A DNA stretch of 62,907 nucleotides, filler included, from Acetivibrio sp. (GTDB lineage Bacteria; Bacillota; Clostridia; Acetivibrionales; Acetivibrionaceae): assembly GCF_035371925.1 (NCBI RefSeq). It is 5 parts of 5 records of this genome, joined end to end, with 100 filler letters (N's around TTAATTAATTAA, not from the genome) between each part and the next. Parts side by side here need not be neighbours in the genome. Positions count along the whole stretch, not along the records: positions 1 to 12,760 come from NZ_DAORXT010000083.1; positions 12,861 to 25,554 come from NZ_DAORXT010000084.1; 3 more parts are not named here. One strand, 5' to 3'. The translations under genes were made by a program, and so were the position numbers. Position 1 is the first letter of the stretch. Each line of letters opens with the position of its first letter. Positions 10,107-20,312 of this stretch are shown one piece after another. The notes beneath the pieces were generated by a model. That model was not told the DNA's origin and did not search any database. It saw nothing but the letters and a program-made list of their open reading frames with translations.

Positions 10107-12560
10107 TCAACTTATGGCCGGTAAACTTCTTAATATAATTCTTTTTAAGATTGACATATCGGTAGAATTAACTTTGCCGTCTCCATTCATGTCTGCAGCT
10201 TTAATATCATCTTCAACCGGCAAATCTGCAATTTGCTTTAAAAGATATCTTTTCATAAGAGACATGTCTGTGGAGTTTATTTTACCGTCACCGTTCAAAT
10301 CTCCGGCCAAAACCTGATTTTCTGTGCTATCGGAAACCGCCATGGAGTATGGAGAAACTGTCATTACTTTTCCGTCGGAAAATGTAACCTTCTTTGCAAC
10401 TGATGAAGCATTATAAACAACATAGGTCCTTATGTTGTTTTTATTAAATACCGAGTACAACGGTGTGTCGGAAGTAACACTAAAATCGGGAAGCCCCATG
10501 CCGTCAAGATTGCAAATCCAATGATAGGTATGAGCACGGCTTTCCCCATCCTCGGGGACAATGTTTTCGTTCCACATGTTTTTGGCTGCCGCAGGGTCAT
10601 AAAGGGCGTAATACATATACTGTATATCCTTCCAGTTGGGAGGTTCCGATGCCCCGCACTCTTTTAGCATTTCCTCATAGTTTTCCTTTACATAGCCAGG
10701 GTCTTTCCCCAGATACAATGAGGCGGCTGTGATTGGTAAAAAGTTTATACCGTGCTTTTCCGAATTTGTACCGTCCCACCAAATTTCATGGCAGTATTTG
10801 CCTCCCCATACCATGGAAGCGTAATTATGTCCGTAGGTAGGCGAAAATATGTCTTTGTATAAATCGAACCAGTAATTGTAGACGGCTTCAATCTCGGTAG
10901 TATAAAGATAAATTCCAACATCCCTTATTGCTTTATTTCCTGTTGCTTCTCCCCAAAGAATAATTGCCTGCCATGCATTGATTGCCTCAGATGACGACTC
11001 CTGATTATTGCCGTCTGCAAACCCTGCATGGCCTGATGCCCAAGAATGGCCTTCATAAGGGTCAAAATTTCTTAGAAACGGAAATCTGGTGTCGCTTCTG
11101 TCCCAGTTTGCAATATCTTTGATTAACAACTCCACCATTGCTCCCCAATTATCTCTAGATGCCCATTGGGGGTCTCTTAACGCTATTTGAGCTGCAGCGT
11201 GAAGAAAATAACCGTAATGGAAGTGATGATCGTTTATCTGGTCGTCACTTCCGTAGCTTGAGGGATAACCTATCAAGGTTCCCCAGTTGGCGTCGTAATA
11301 AAATAGTCTTGCTGTTTCCCCTTCTTTTGCAGTAAACCAGTCTTCCAAAGATGATTTCATAAAACTTATAAACCGGTCGGCCGCATAAGTATTTCCAATC
11401 TGCTCTGCAATAGGAAGGGCACATGAAAGCTTGCCTAGATGCTTTCCAAACCAATAGGTGTCATCGGAAACAGGAGAATTTGCATAAAGAGCCAGTTCAT
11501 TAATATATCTATTTATTGCATCTTTATCATAGGTTCCTTTGTCGGGAAGGTTCGGCAAAATTCCGTGATAGCGATATACAGTCTTAAAGCTTGTACCTTG
11601 AACTGTTTTCATAATGCCTCTCAGCGTTGAATAAGTGTACGGCAGAGGCGAAATATGCGGGTTGCTTCGCCATTGATGAGGATAAAGGGCAAAAATTGTG
11701 CCTTTATTTGCTCCTTCCTTTACTGAAACTTCTGCTGTAAAAGTAGTAGTAAGAGTGCTTTCACTCTCATTGTAGTTCCAGTTCACTTTTGTGTCTGTCA
11801 CAAAGGCATAGGCATAATCTTTATAATATGTAAGGGTGGAAACCTTGTTGTCGGGTAAAACTGCAATTGAAAAATAGTTTTTTCCTGCCGGAAGTATACA
11901 GGTTATTGAACCGGTTCCGATTCCATGCCATGTAGAACCTAAAGGAGCAAAGAGTCCGTAATTTACACCGTTTATTGTAATGCCAAGATACTGGCTTGTA
12001 GAATCTCCATAAAACACTGTTGGTGAAGCGGCAAAATCAATCTTGGGATTTCCGCCTGTGAAAATAAAATAGGCATAGGGACTTCCCTTCATTAATGTAG
12101 ATTTGATACCGCTTGAACCCACCGACATAACCGCATCGAAAGAAAAATCGGATATTTTGTCCGCCCTTGCATCGGGAAAGTTTTTAACAGATGAGTGTCC
12201 AACGGTGAAATCACTTTTATGGGCACCGATATAAGCTATTCCTGAGCCTCCCAAGGCAGGCTTTCCTACTTCAATGCCTTCAGCTTTAAATTTAAACGTC
12301 AAAGGATGAGCATATATCGGAAGTGAATATTGATTCCATAAAATAGAGCTTTCCCAACTGTTGGTCGGAATTGCACCCTCAAAATCGGATGTTTTGTAGA
12401 TTTCCGCTTGAGGCCCTTTTGCCCCCGAAGGCAGAACATCGGTATAACTACCGGCTCCTTCACGATAATACCGGGCAGCGGCAATCCCAAAAGGTTGTAT
12501 AACACCAAACAGAACTATTGCTGCCAGTATAAACGATATTGAAACCTTTTTCTTTAACAT
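10107..12560 (-). CDS. Cellulosomal GH81 endo-beta-1,3-glucanase with type I dockerin
   Basis: Start MLKKKVSISF follows the GGGAGG RBS (the ORF track extends to 12671). GH81 motifs NDHHFHYGY and NQESSSEA, C-terminal dockerin repeats. Confidence 0.9.
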   Translation of the reverse strand: MLKKKVSISFILAAIVLFGVIQPFGIAAARYYREGAGSYTDVLPSGAKGPQAEIYKTSDFEGAIPTNSWESSILWNQYSLPIYAHPLTFKFKAEGIEVGKPALGGSGIAYIGAHKSDFTVGHSSVKNFPDARADKISDFSFDAVMSVGSSGIKSTLMKGSPYAYFIFTGGNPKIDFAASPTVFYGDSTSQYLGITINGVNYGLFAPLGSTWHGIGTGSITCILPAGKNYFSIAVLPDNKVSTLTYYKDYAYAFVTDTKVNWNYNESESTLTTTFTAEVSVKEGANKGTIFALYPHQWRSNPHISPLPYTYSTLRGIMKTVQGTSFKTVYRYHGILPNLPDKGTYDKDAINRYINELALYANSPVSDDTYWFGKHLGKLSCALPIAEQIGNTYAADRFISFMKSSLEDWFTAKEGETARLFYYDANWGTLIGYPSSYGSDDQINDHHFHYGYFLHAAAQIALRDPQWASRDNWGAMVELLIKDIANWDRSDTRFPFLRNFDPYEGHSWASGHAGFADGNNQESSSEAINAWQAIILWGEATGNKAIRDVGIYLYTTEIEAVYNYWFDLYKDIFSPTYGHNYASMVWGGKYCHEIWWDGTNSEKHGINFLPITAASLYLGKDPGYVKENYEEMLKECGASEPPNWKDIQYMYYALYDPAAAKNMWNENIVPEDGESRAHTYHWICNLDGMGLPDFSVTSDTPLYSVFNKNNIRTYVVYNASSVAKKVTFSDGKVMTVSPYSMAVSDSTENQVLAGDLNGDGKINSTDMSLMKRYLLKQIADLPVEDDIKAADMNGDGKVNSTDMSILKRIILRSLPAIS

Positions 12561-12760
12561 AAGCTTCCTCCCCTTGGTAAAGCAGTTTCCATACTTATAA
12601 TTTACATTAGCAGTTCTACTATAAGCAATCCGTATATTTGACTTAAGCCTCAGCCATAAAAAAGAAAACAATCCATATGTATATACATTATAACACGGAT
12701 AGATATAAGTTGAATCAAAAGATTTTCTATATTAATATTTATAGAAATGCAACCATGGAG

Positions 12761-12860
12761 NNNNNNNNNNNNNNNNNNNNNNNNNNNNNNNNNNNNNNNN
12801 NNNNTTAATTAATTAANNNNNNNNNNNNNNNNNNNNNNNNNNNNNNNNNNNNNNNNNNNN
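12761..12860. other. Artificial contig linker
   Basis: 44 N + TTAATTAATTAA + 44 N. Confidence 0.98.
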
Positions 12861-12865
12861 GGCCA

Positions 12866-12930
12866 AATAAAAGCTCGGGACATCGAGTCCCTTCGCTTTT
12901 GCCTCTTTCATTTCACTCCAAGAGGCCAAA
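12866..12930 (-). repeat. Palindromic 65-nt dispersed repeat, copy A (63-nt period, cut by the contig edge)
   Basis: Reverse complement matches 22221-22285 at 58/65 positions; GGCCAAATAA recurs at 12861 and 12924. Confidence 0.8.
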
Positions 12931-12936
12931 TAATAC

Positions 12937-12960
12937 AAAAGGGACCGCCAAGTCCCTTTT
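12937..12960 (-). terminator. Intrinsic terminator of the deacetylase gene
   Basis: AAAAGGGAC-CGCCAA-GTCCCTTTT. Confidence 0.7.
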
Positions 12961-12992
12961 GCTCTATATTTATTCAAATTGTGTTTTAAAGC

Positions 12993-14126
12993 TTAATAGA
13001 CTATGAGCTCCTTACCTTTTAGCTTATCCTTATCAACTTTGTCTTCATTTTTTGCAGGGACTGTAACGGTATCGGGATTTCCGTCACTAACATATTGCTC
13101 TTCTCTGGATAAATTCTTAATCCACCATGCCAAATCACCTTCTACAGGATTAATTCCCGAAGCTCTAACCCTGTGGGTTGAGAGGGGATTAAAATCCTTC
13201 GATACCGGAGATTGGGCCGGGTCCCAGCCTACCTCCATAATTGCCGCGTGCTCATATTCCACTCCGTCATAACTGCCTTTTATAACATAATTCTGAAGGT
13301 CTTTGGATGGAAGAAGTCCGTACGGAAGAGAAAAAGTAACCATTTTATATCCGGGTATGAGCTCAGCAATGGTCTTTTGGTTTTTCCCAATCCCTTCCTG
13401 TATTTTTTCGGCACTTGTGGTATCTTTCAAATTTATATGGGTATAAGTATGGTTGCCAATTTCAAATCCTTTGTCAATCAAATATTTGAGCCTCTCCTGA
13501 AGGGTACCTTCACCCTGAAAAGTGCTGTTGCCAAGGTTTACATAGAAAGTACCTTTAAGTCCGAAGTCGGGATGCTTCTCACAAAACTCTTCCATAATGC
13601 CTACCGCAGACTTCTTGTTCGCTTTAAGAGTTCCGTTTTCTTCAACCAAATTAAACTGTCCGGCTGTCCCGTCATCAAATGTAAAAATCATGGGAATGCA
13701 TCCTGCAGGCACTGAAATATTGTTATTCAAATAATCACTCATGCTAATAAGCCTATAACCGTCATCATACAAGCTTTGAAGCAGCTTTTCAAACTCACTG
13801 AAAGTAGTAGTATACTCTCCCTTATCATAGCTTGTAGGGGTAAAAGACTCCACAAAATTGTGGAACATAACAACCATTATTTTGCCGGCTTCATTGGGCT
13901 TGACGCTCTGAACGTCAATTGTGGGCGTAGGTATGAGCGTCGGTGTTGGCGTCGGAGCCGCAGAAGTATTATCCGTCAGTCCTGCATCTTGTCCCGTGGT
14001 ATTTGGAACCGGAGACTTTGAGTCGCCATTTAGCTTTGGACTGTTGCATCCTGTAAGCAATAAAGAAAGAGACAATGCTATTGCCGGAGCAATTTTTACA
14101 ATTCTTGATTTAAAGAAAGATGTCAT
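12993..14126 (-). CDS. Polysaccharide deacetylase (CE4) lipoprotein
   Basis: Lipobox LLTGC, PT-rich linker, NodB motifs TFDDG and GNHTYTH. Confidence 0.85.
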   Translation of the reverse strand: MTSFFKSRIVKIAPAIALSLSLLLTGCNSPKLNGDSKSPVPNTTGQDAGLTDNTSAAPTPTPTLIPTPTIDVQSVKPNEAGKIMVVMFHNFVESFTPTSYDKGEYTTTFSEFEKLLQSLYDDGYRLISMSDYLNNNISVPAGCIPMIFTFDDGTAGQFNLVEENGTLKANKKSAVGIMEEFCEKHPDFGLKGTFYVNLGNSTFQGEGTLQERLKYLIDKGFEIGNHTYTHINLKDTTSAEKIQEGIGKNQKTIAELIPGYKMVTFSLPYGLLPSKDLQNYVIKGSYDGVEYEHAAIMEVGWDPAQSPVSKDFNPLSTHRVRASGINPVEGDLAWWIKNLSREEQYVSDGNPDTVTVPAKNEDKVDKDKLKGKELIVY

Positions 14127-14276
14127 TTTGAATTACTCTCCTTCGTCATTTGTGCACTGAGCTTTTATATGTTTACTCATAATAATATACTTTAATTATA
14201 TAGACATATACGACACAATTCAAATACAAATTACACCTTGATTGCACTTTTTTATATTTTTCTATATTTTAGTCCT

Positions 14277-16169
14277 TTATTTAAGTTTACGCAATGCATC
14301 CTTTTCAAGAATTATGTCGGATATTCGAAGTTCCTTTTGATATTTTACTATTTCATCCTCATAATCCTTCTTGTCGAGAACCTCACCGCTCTTTATGTCA
14401 TAAACAGTGTCATCCTCGCTGCAGTAGTAATAGTCGTCCGTCAGCACCGAACCGTTTCTTAATACGGCATAACCCTTTTTGGTATTCAACAAGTCTTTGC
14501 CCATAGCATAATAGTTATCAAACCCCATCATATTGGCTATCATGGCGAATATATCTATCTGCCCTCCGGTTGTAGTAACGGTTTCTCCTTCCACTCCCGG
14601 ACAGAGTACCAGCAAAGGTATCTTTTGAAGCTTTATCCAATCAACTTTGCTGTCGGACAGTTCGAGGAATTCCAAAAGTTCTTTAGCCTGGGTCTTCGGA
14701 AGCCCCGTATGGTCACCGTAAATAACAATAAGACTGTTTTCATATAGCCCCATTTCCTTAAGTCTTTCTATAAAACGCCCTACGGCAGCATCGGCATAAT
14801 TTTGAGCCTTAATATAGTTCCCCAGATAAGTCCTGTCATATTTTCCGACATCAAAGGTCTGTTTGTCTTCAAAATAGGAATAAGGGTGATGTCCGGAAAG
14901 GGTTATGAAAAACGAATAAAACGGCTTTGTAACATCAATTATATCCATGGACTGTCTGTAGAACGAATCGTCACTTAATGCCCAGCCTCCCCAGCCAATA
15001 TATTCGTCCATAACATAGTCGTTGGAGCTTATAAAAGTATCAAAACCTATAGCCTTGTACATTTCGGTCCTGTTCCAGAATGCGGGACCATAAGCATGCA
15101 AGGCGTACGAGTTATAACCTTCTTTCTTCAACTCTTTAGCAATTGTATTATACTCATTGGTTGCAAACCTAAAATATGCAGCCCCTTCTTTTGCAGGGTA
15201 CAATGAAGTATTGGTCATAAATTCTGCATCCGACGTATTGCCCCCTGCCACCTGAACATAGATATTGTCAAAATACAAGCCTTCCTTCACAAGCTTGTTT
15301 AAATTTGGCGTTATTTCTTCACCGTTGATTTTTCTGTCGATAAGAAAATGCTGAAGCGCCTCCATCTGAACAACTATAAGGTTTTTACCTTTTGCTATGC
15401 CGTAAAATCTATCGGTAAGTTCGCCATCCTCCCCGTTTTTCTCTTCGAAAAAGGATATCAGCTCATTTTTCTCATCGGTTTTAAGCTTTTTATCCCTAAG
15501 GTAGTTTTCCTTTAAATATTTTTTTACATCATAATAGTGAAAATAACCTATGCCAAAGTTCTTTACAATATAATTGTTGTCGTACTCGGACATGTCATTT
15601 TTGCTGTAAGCCATTTTAAAAGAACCGAAAGACACCACCAACAGTACCGCCACCACTATGCATCTCTTAAGCAACGGAAGCTTGTTTTGCCCAGTCCTTT
15701 TGGAAAGTACAAACGACATTACCGCAAAAACAGGAATATCCAAAAAGTAAAGTATGTCGCTACGTCTAAAAAGACTCATGATACTTTCTTTTACCGGTCC
15801 CAAATAGCGCGCATTATAAATTACCGGTATTGTTATAATTGTGTTGTAATAGCGCAAATACAAAGCATCTGAAAGAAACAAAATCGATATCAGAATGTTG
15901 GATATAAAAAACAACAATTTTCTCTTGGTATGAAAAATACTCAACAAAGCAACCAATACCAAGACAAAAGATATTGAAGCAACACCCATGAAGATATTTG
16001 TCGTTGAAAAAAGAGGCTTAAAATTAATCTGATTTTGAAATTGGAGAAATACCCCTTTAAATACAACAGAGCATGCAAAAAGCACAGCATAAATAATTCC
16101 AAATATATCCAACTGCAGTCTTACATTGGTAAAAATATTGCCCCTTACTCTTTCTATACTGACCTTCAT
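14277..16169 (-). CDS. LTA synthase family (sulfatase-like) membrane protein
   Basis: About 5 N-terminal TM helices; VVQMEAL, GNTSDAEF, TLSGHHPY and IYGDH motifs; start MKVSIE after GAGG. Confidence 0.9.
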   Translation of the reverse strand: MKVSIERVRGNIFTNVRLQLDIFGIIYAVLFACSVVFKGVFLQFQNQINFKPLFSTTNIFMGVASISFVLVLVALLSIFHTKRKLLFFISNILISILFLSDALYLRYYNTIITIPVIYNARYLGPVKESIMSLFRRSDILYFLDIPVFAVMSFVLSKRTGQNKLPLLKRCIVVAVLLVVSFGSFKMAYSKNDMSEYDNNYIVKNFGIGYFHYYDVKKYLKENYLRDKKLKTDEKNELISFFEEKNGEDGELTDRFYGIAKGKNLIVVQMEALQHFLIDRKINGEEITPNLNKLVKEGLYFDNIYVQVAGGNTSDAEFMTNTSLYPAKEGAAYFRFATNEYNTIAKELKKEGYNSYALHAYGPAFWNRTEMYKAIGFDTFISSNDYVMDEYIGWGGWALSDDSFYRQSMDIIDVTKPFYSFFITLSGHHPYSYFEDKQTFDVGKYDRTYLGNYIKAQNYADAAVGRFIERLKEMGLYENSLIVIYGDHTGLPKTQAKELLEFLELSDSKVDWIKLQKIPLLVLCPGVEGETVTTTGGQIDIFAMIANMMGFDNYYAMGKDLLNTKKGYAVLRNGSVLTDDYYYCSEDDTVYDIKSGEVLDKKDYEDEIVKYQKELRISDIILEKDALRKLK

Positions 16170-16341
16170 ATATAATAACCTCACTTATACATCTTTTATG
16201 TTATTCCATTATATGAATTTCCCGCCGGCAATTTGCACTGCCTTTTATTAAATTCAATATTGTGAAACAACTCTAAACATATATAGACTAAAACATATAA
16301 TGCAAAAAATCAAGTATTAGTTATTGCCTATTTTGCCCCCA

Positions 16342-17436
16342 CTAACTTCTAAAAAGCCGCCGCTGTCTTTTATGTTTCAAATTATTGCATCTTCTAGCTA
16401 CAGATGAGATATTCTGCGCCTTTGCCGCCGGGTTGTTGTAAATAATTCGTTTTACGAGAGGCATGGTCAAAATTTTTATCAACCGGTCATAGTCCTCATT
16501 GCTAAATTCATTTACCATCTTTCTAAATTCATGAATCTTAGCCGTATGTTCTTTTATAGGTCTTATCAACTCACTGTAATCCTTGTCTTTTATAATCGCT
16601 TGGGCTGCAAGAATTCCGCTTTCAATAGCGTTAATTGCCCCAAAACCCAAAAAATCATCAATAAGCCCTGCTGCACTGCCAGTCAAATAAATGTTTTCTA
16701 CTTTTACAGAAGATACATACCCAAGTCTGGTTACAATATCCCTTGTCTCAGTTATTTTATATTTTACTTCTTCTAATCTTGCAAAATTATTCCAGTAGTG
16801 GTCAAACTCATGGGTAGAAATATCGTTTACAGACAGCAACAATCTTCCGTCTCTTTTACTATGGGGGGACAAAAAACCATAGCAGGCTTTGGAATACTCC
16901 CGGTTAACCCACATTTTTGCAGAACCTACTTTAAAATCCCCCAATACCAGTGCAACTCTTGTATGAACAGTTGTAGTTGTGTGCCACACCCCAAGGTGAT
17001 TTGCAACGGTTTCATCACCCGTGGCTACAATGACATGGTCAAAATCTTTTTTTATATCGTCAACATTTATATAGGTGTCAAAATGTATGGGTGCATTTAC
17101 ATGTCTTGCAATCTGATTTTCCAGAGAGTTTTTTTCGTCGCCTCTCATAAACACATATCCCAATCTTCCGCTTACAGCACCTTGTTTTGAAGGTCCCTTC
17201 ATTACTATTTCCTTTAGCGGACAAAAGGGTACAAGATTCAAATTGTATTTTTTATTGAAATATTTTACAGGATTTGTGTAGCTTCTGTCAAACAATCTTA
17301 AAGTTGTACTGGAATACATATAGTTTTCGCCTATATAAGATTTTTTCTCAAAAATAACCGGAGATATCTCATTCCTTTCCAATTCAAAAGCACAAGCCAA
17401 TCCCGCCAATCCGGCACCAATTATGGCCACTTTCAT
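16342..17436 (-). CDS. NAD(P)/FAD-dependent oxidoreductase (geranylgeranyl reductase-like), paralog 1
   Basis: MKVAIIGAGLAGL Rossmann motif; C-terminal GSAAGLIDDFLGFG. Confidence 0.8.
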   Translation of the reverse strand: MKVAIIGAGLAGLACAFELERNEISPVIFEKKSYIGENYMYSSTTLRLFDRSYTNPVKYFNKKYNLNLVPFCPLKEIVMKGPSKQGAVSGRLGYVFMRGDEKNSLENQIARHVNAPIHFDTYINVDDIKKDFDHVIVATGDETVANHLGVWHTTTTVHTRVALVLGDFKVGSAKMWVNREYSKACYGFLSPHSKRDGRLLLSVNDISTHEFDHYWNNFARLEEVKYKITETRDIVTRLGYVSSVKVENIYLTGSAAGLIDDFLGFGAINAIESGILAAQAIIKDKDYSELIRPIKEHTAKIHEFRKMVNEFSNEDYDRLIKILTMPLVKRIIYNNPAAKAQNISSVARRCNNLKHKRQRRLFRS

Positions 17437-17590
17437 AATATCCCACCTTGCTGCTTCACTTATGTTAATTAACAAAAATTACTGTACCTTCATAATTAGT
17501 ATTACTTTAACATTGCTTCCTTATTAATTTACAAGAATAATATCTGCAAAAAAAGTCAAAAATATTTATTGATTAATTTATTTTTGCTCT

Positions 17591-17815
17591 TTGGGAGGAT
17601 TTATGGAAAGGTTGTCACAACAATATATTTTAAATATAGCTTTCACCGAGGCAATAAACAGAGAAGAACTCCTATTGAAAAAATATGAAAACTATTGCAA
17701 AGAGGCAAAAGATAAGGAATTGAAAAAAATTCTCAGGGACTTTTCCCAAACTTCCCGGGACCATATAAAAATGATAAACGACAAGATGATTTTGCTATCT
17801 ATTGATAAAACTTGA
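17591..17815 (+). CDS. Small ferritin/rubrerythrin-like helical protein
   Basis: 74 aa with EELLLKKYE and SRDHIKMI helical pattern; GGGAGG RBS. Confidence 0.55.
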   Translation: MGGFMERLSQQYILNIAFTEAINREELLLKKYENYCKEAKDKELKKILRDFSQTSRDHIKMINDKMILLSIDKT

Positions 17816-18108
17816 TTAATTTACTTGCCAAGTTCTTATGCTCATTTTTTGAATACCATAAAGAAAGTATGGTGATTGTTTTGGAACAAATTGATATTTT
17901 GCAGGATTTGCTGCATGATAGAATTTCGAATGAAATGTTCTATAATCAAAGCCTTATTTATGTCAAAAATCCTGAAGCAAGACAGGTTTTTACCCAGCTT
18001 AGGGACGATGAAATGAGAGCTATAGTAAATCTTCAGCAAAAAATAGACAGACTCCAATCGTCAGAGGGGATTATTTCCAAATTGTTCCCTTTAAAACCCA
18101 GAGTATAG
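17812..18108 (+). CDS. Small ferritin-like protein (true start probably at 17869 or 17881)
   Basis: FYNQ...NPEARQVFTQLRDDEMRA half-ferritin pattern. Confidence 0.55.
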   Translation: MINLLAKFLCSFFEYHKESMVIVLEQIDILQDLLHDRISNEMFYNQSLIYVKNPEARQVFTQLRDDEMRAIVNLQQKIDRLQSSEGIISKLFPLKPRV

Positions 18109-18152
18109 CACATTGACTTCAACTATATCGTCCATGGGGAGATAATCTTGTT

Positions 18153-18606
18153 ATGGAGTGGATTATACTATTTGTAGCCAGTTGGATAATATTTTTTGCT
18201 TTTATTGATTTTCGGCAATTAAAAAAAAAACATGTGGAGCGGAGCTCTGGCTTTCGCCCTGCAGCTTATAACAGACACGCATGCTATTAACTATGGATTG
18301 TATCAAATTAATGAACCTGTAATTGACATAATGGGTTCCTCCCTTTTCTTTACCGTAGGGCCTGTATTCACTGTAGGAACTCTCTTTGCCCAGCTTCATC
18401 CTCAAAAAAGATGGCTCAGAATTATAAACATATTTGTATTTTCAGCACTCTTTTATTTTCAGGAAGCTTTACTTATCTTAACCGGCAACCTTGTTTATAC
18501 CAACTGGCACTTTACCAACAGTATTGTTATCAATATATGTGTAATGATTGTATTAAGCTGGTTTTCGATAGTAGTACTGAATAAAAAGGAGGACAAGGCC
18601 CCATGA
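18153..18606 (+). pseudogene. CBO0543-like membrane protein gene interrupted by +1 in an A10 tract (or a sequencing error)
   Basis: The ATG at 18153 follows GGGGAG and gives MEWIILFVASWIIFFAFIDFRQLKK. Removing one A from 18221-18230 joins it in frame to the 18232-18606 ORF. Confidence 0.7.
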
Positions 18607-18695
18607 ACCTCTGGATGTATATCATACTGTCATTTGTGAACGGTTCACTGGTAGCTGCGTGGCTAACATTCTTAAAAAGATTCGGAGGTATTTGA
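18603..18695 (+). CDS. 30-aa hydrophobic microprotein MNLWMYIILSFVNGSLVAAWLTFLKRFGGI
   Basis: AAGGAGG RBS, ATGA overlap with the upstream stop, stop 1 nt before the next GTG. Confidence 0.55.
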   Translation: MNLWMYIILSFVNGSLVAAWLTFLKRFGGI

Positions 18696-18696
18696 T

Positions 18697-19779
18697 GTGA
18701 AAGTCGCAATAATTGGAGGAGGATTGGCAGGTCTTTCATGTGCTTGCGAGTTGGAAAGACATGGCATAAGTCCGGTAATATTTCACAGAAACGGCTATAT
18801 CGGCGATCAATTCAGCCATGTTGCAGCTCTTCTGGAAATTCAGCACAGGCCTATAAAAGATGCAATAAAATACATCAAGAAAAATTTTAATATTAGCATA
18901 ACCCCCGTTAATACCGTCAATACCCTTACACATTATTCTCCCCACAGAAAAACAGTAATCAAGGGAAATTTCGGTTTTTTCATAAAAAGAGGAAGAGATG
19001 AAGATTCGCTTCCCATGCAGCTTTTTTCCCAGCTTAAAACATCCAAAATAAACTTCAACACTTATGGGGATATTGACCCGTTGGCAAAGGAATTTGACTA
19101 TGTTGTTGTCGCAAATGGAAATACTGTGTTCAGCAATCAATTGGGATGCTGGTTTCCCACAATCAGGACATATATAAGAGGTGCAGTTTTATTGGGAGAT
19201 TTTGACCCAACCAATCTTGTAATGTGGATTAACAAGGACTATTGCAAAAACGGCTATGCCTACCTTACACCCTTTAACGATAAAAAAGCTTCACTTGTAT
19301 TGGTGGTAAGCGATGTAAATGAAAAAGAAGCTGATCACTATTGGAAGGTTTTTTTGGATTATGAAAACATAAACTACACCATTTTAGACGAATTTAAGCA
19401 GGCACATGATACGGGATTTACCTATCCCCACAAAGTTGACAACATATATTTTGCCGGAAATGCCGGAGGTGCAATAGACCCTTTTTTAGGTTTCGGCCAA
19501 CTGAATTCCATAGAAATGGGCGTAATGGCCGCCCGCTCAATTGCAAATGGAGAGGATTACGAAAAACTACTTAAGCGGGTGACAAAACACAATTATCAGC
19601 TTTATCAGATGAGAAAAGCCTTTAATAGCGCCAGCAACGATGCCTATGATTTTATATTGGCTTCAATAGGCTTTCCGGGTATTCGCCAGATTTTATACAA
19701 CACAAGGTTCGACATTATAAAAAACTTTGCCCGGATATATTGGCTGAAAGAAAAAATAAGCAAGAATAAAAAGCAATAG
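18697..19779 (+). CDS. NAD(P)/FAD-dependent oxidoreductase, paralog 2
   Basis: KVAIIGGGLAGL; GNAGGAIDPFLGFG; clearly homologous to 16342-17436. Confidence 0.8.
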   Translation: MKVAIIGGGLAGLSCACELERHGISPVIFHRNGYIGDQFSHVAALLEIQHRPIKDAIKYIKKNFNISITPVNTVNTLTHYSPHRKTVIKGNFGFFIKRGRDEDSLPMQLFSQLKTSKINFNTYGDIDPLAKEFDYVVVANGNTVFSNQLGCWFPTIRTYIRGAVLLGDFDPTNLVMWINKDYCKNGYAYLTPFNDKKASLVLVVSDVNEKEADHYWKVFLDYENINYTILDEFKQAHDTGFTYPHKVDNIYFAGNAGGAIDPFLGFGQLNSIEMGVMAARSIANGEDYEKLLKRVTKHNYQLYQMRKAFNSASNDAYDFILASIGFPGIRQILYNTRFDIIKNFARIYWLKEKISKNKKQ

Positions 19780-19789
19780 CTGCAAAGAT

Positions 19790-20263
19790 TTAAGAAAGTC
19801 CCGGAACCGGCCTTTTTTTGCTCAAATACTGGTATATCAGATAAATCCACAGGTAAGTGACAATATAAGTAACTAAAGACCACGGCACCGGTTTCCATCC
19901 GGTAAAGACTATTGTTTGAAGTTTGACACTAAAATACTCAAAGATTAGCATAGCCGCAATCCATGCGACTGAGTATCCCAGTACAGCCTTTTTCTTTTTA
20001 GGCAAAAACATTGTATAGATGATATTCAAGGCAGGATATAATAAAATTGCCGACAACACAATATAAATTAATGAGTCTTGAGGATTAAGATAATAATAAA
20101 GCCTAAAATAACCGCCTAAAACCGTTTCGTAAACCATCGAATATGCAACTGTCATAATGCCTACAATGCCGCTTCTAAAATCCAAGGGTTTAAAATAAAG
20201 ACATATAATCAGACTAACCCATACCCCGAACAATGAAAAATAAAAAAAGATGTATCTCATCAT
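19790..20263 (-). CDS. CBO0543-like multi-TM membrane protein
   Basis: Five hydrophobic segments and a GWKPVPWSLVTY motif. Confidence 0.6.
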   Translation of the reverse strand: MMRYIFFYFSLFGVWVSLIICLYFKPLDFRSGIVGIMTVAYSMVYETVLGGYFRLYYYLNPQDSLIYIVLSAILLYPALNIIYTMFLPKKKKAVLGYSVAWIAAMLIFEYFSVKLQTIVFTGWKPVPWSLVTYIVTYLWIYLIYQYLSKKRPVPGLS

Positions 20264-20312
20264 TATCACCCTGCAATTATTATTCTCACAGCCCAAAAAG
20301 AATAATCAGACA

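Noticed and set aside
12724..12747. TTTCTATA-N8-TATAGAAA palindrome upstream of the GH81 gene as an operator
   Set aside because: It is very AT-rich, lies at the contig edge and has no second copy, so it cannot be told from chance.
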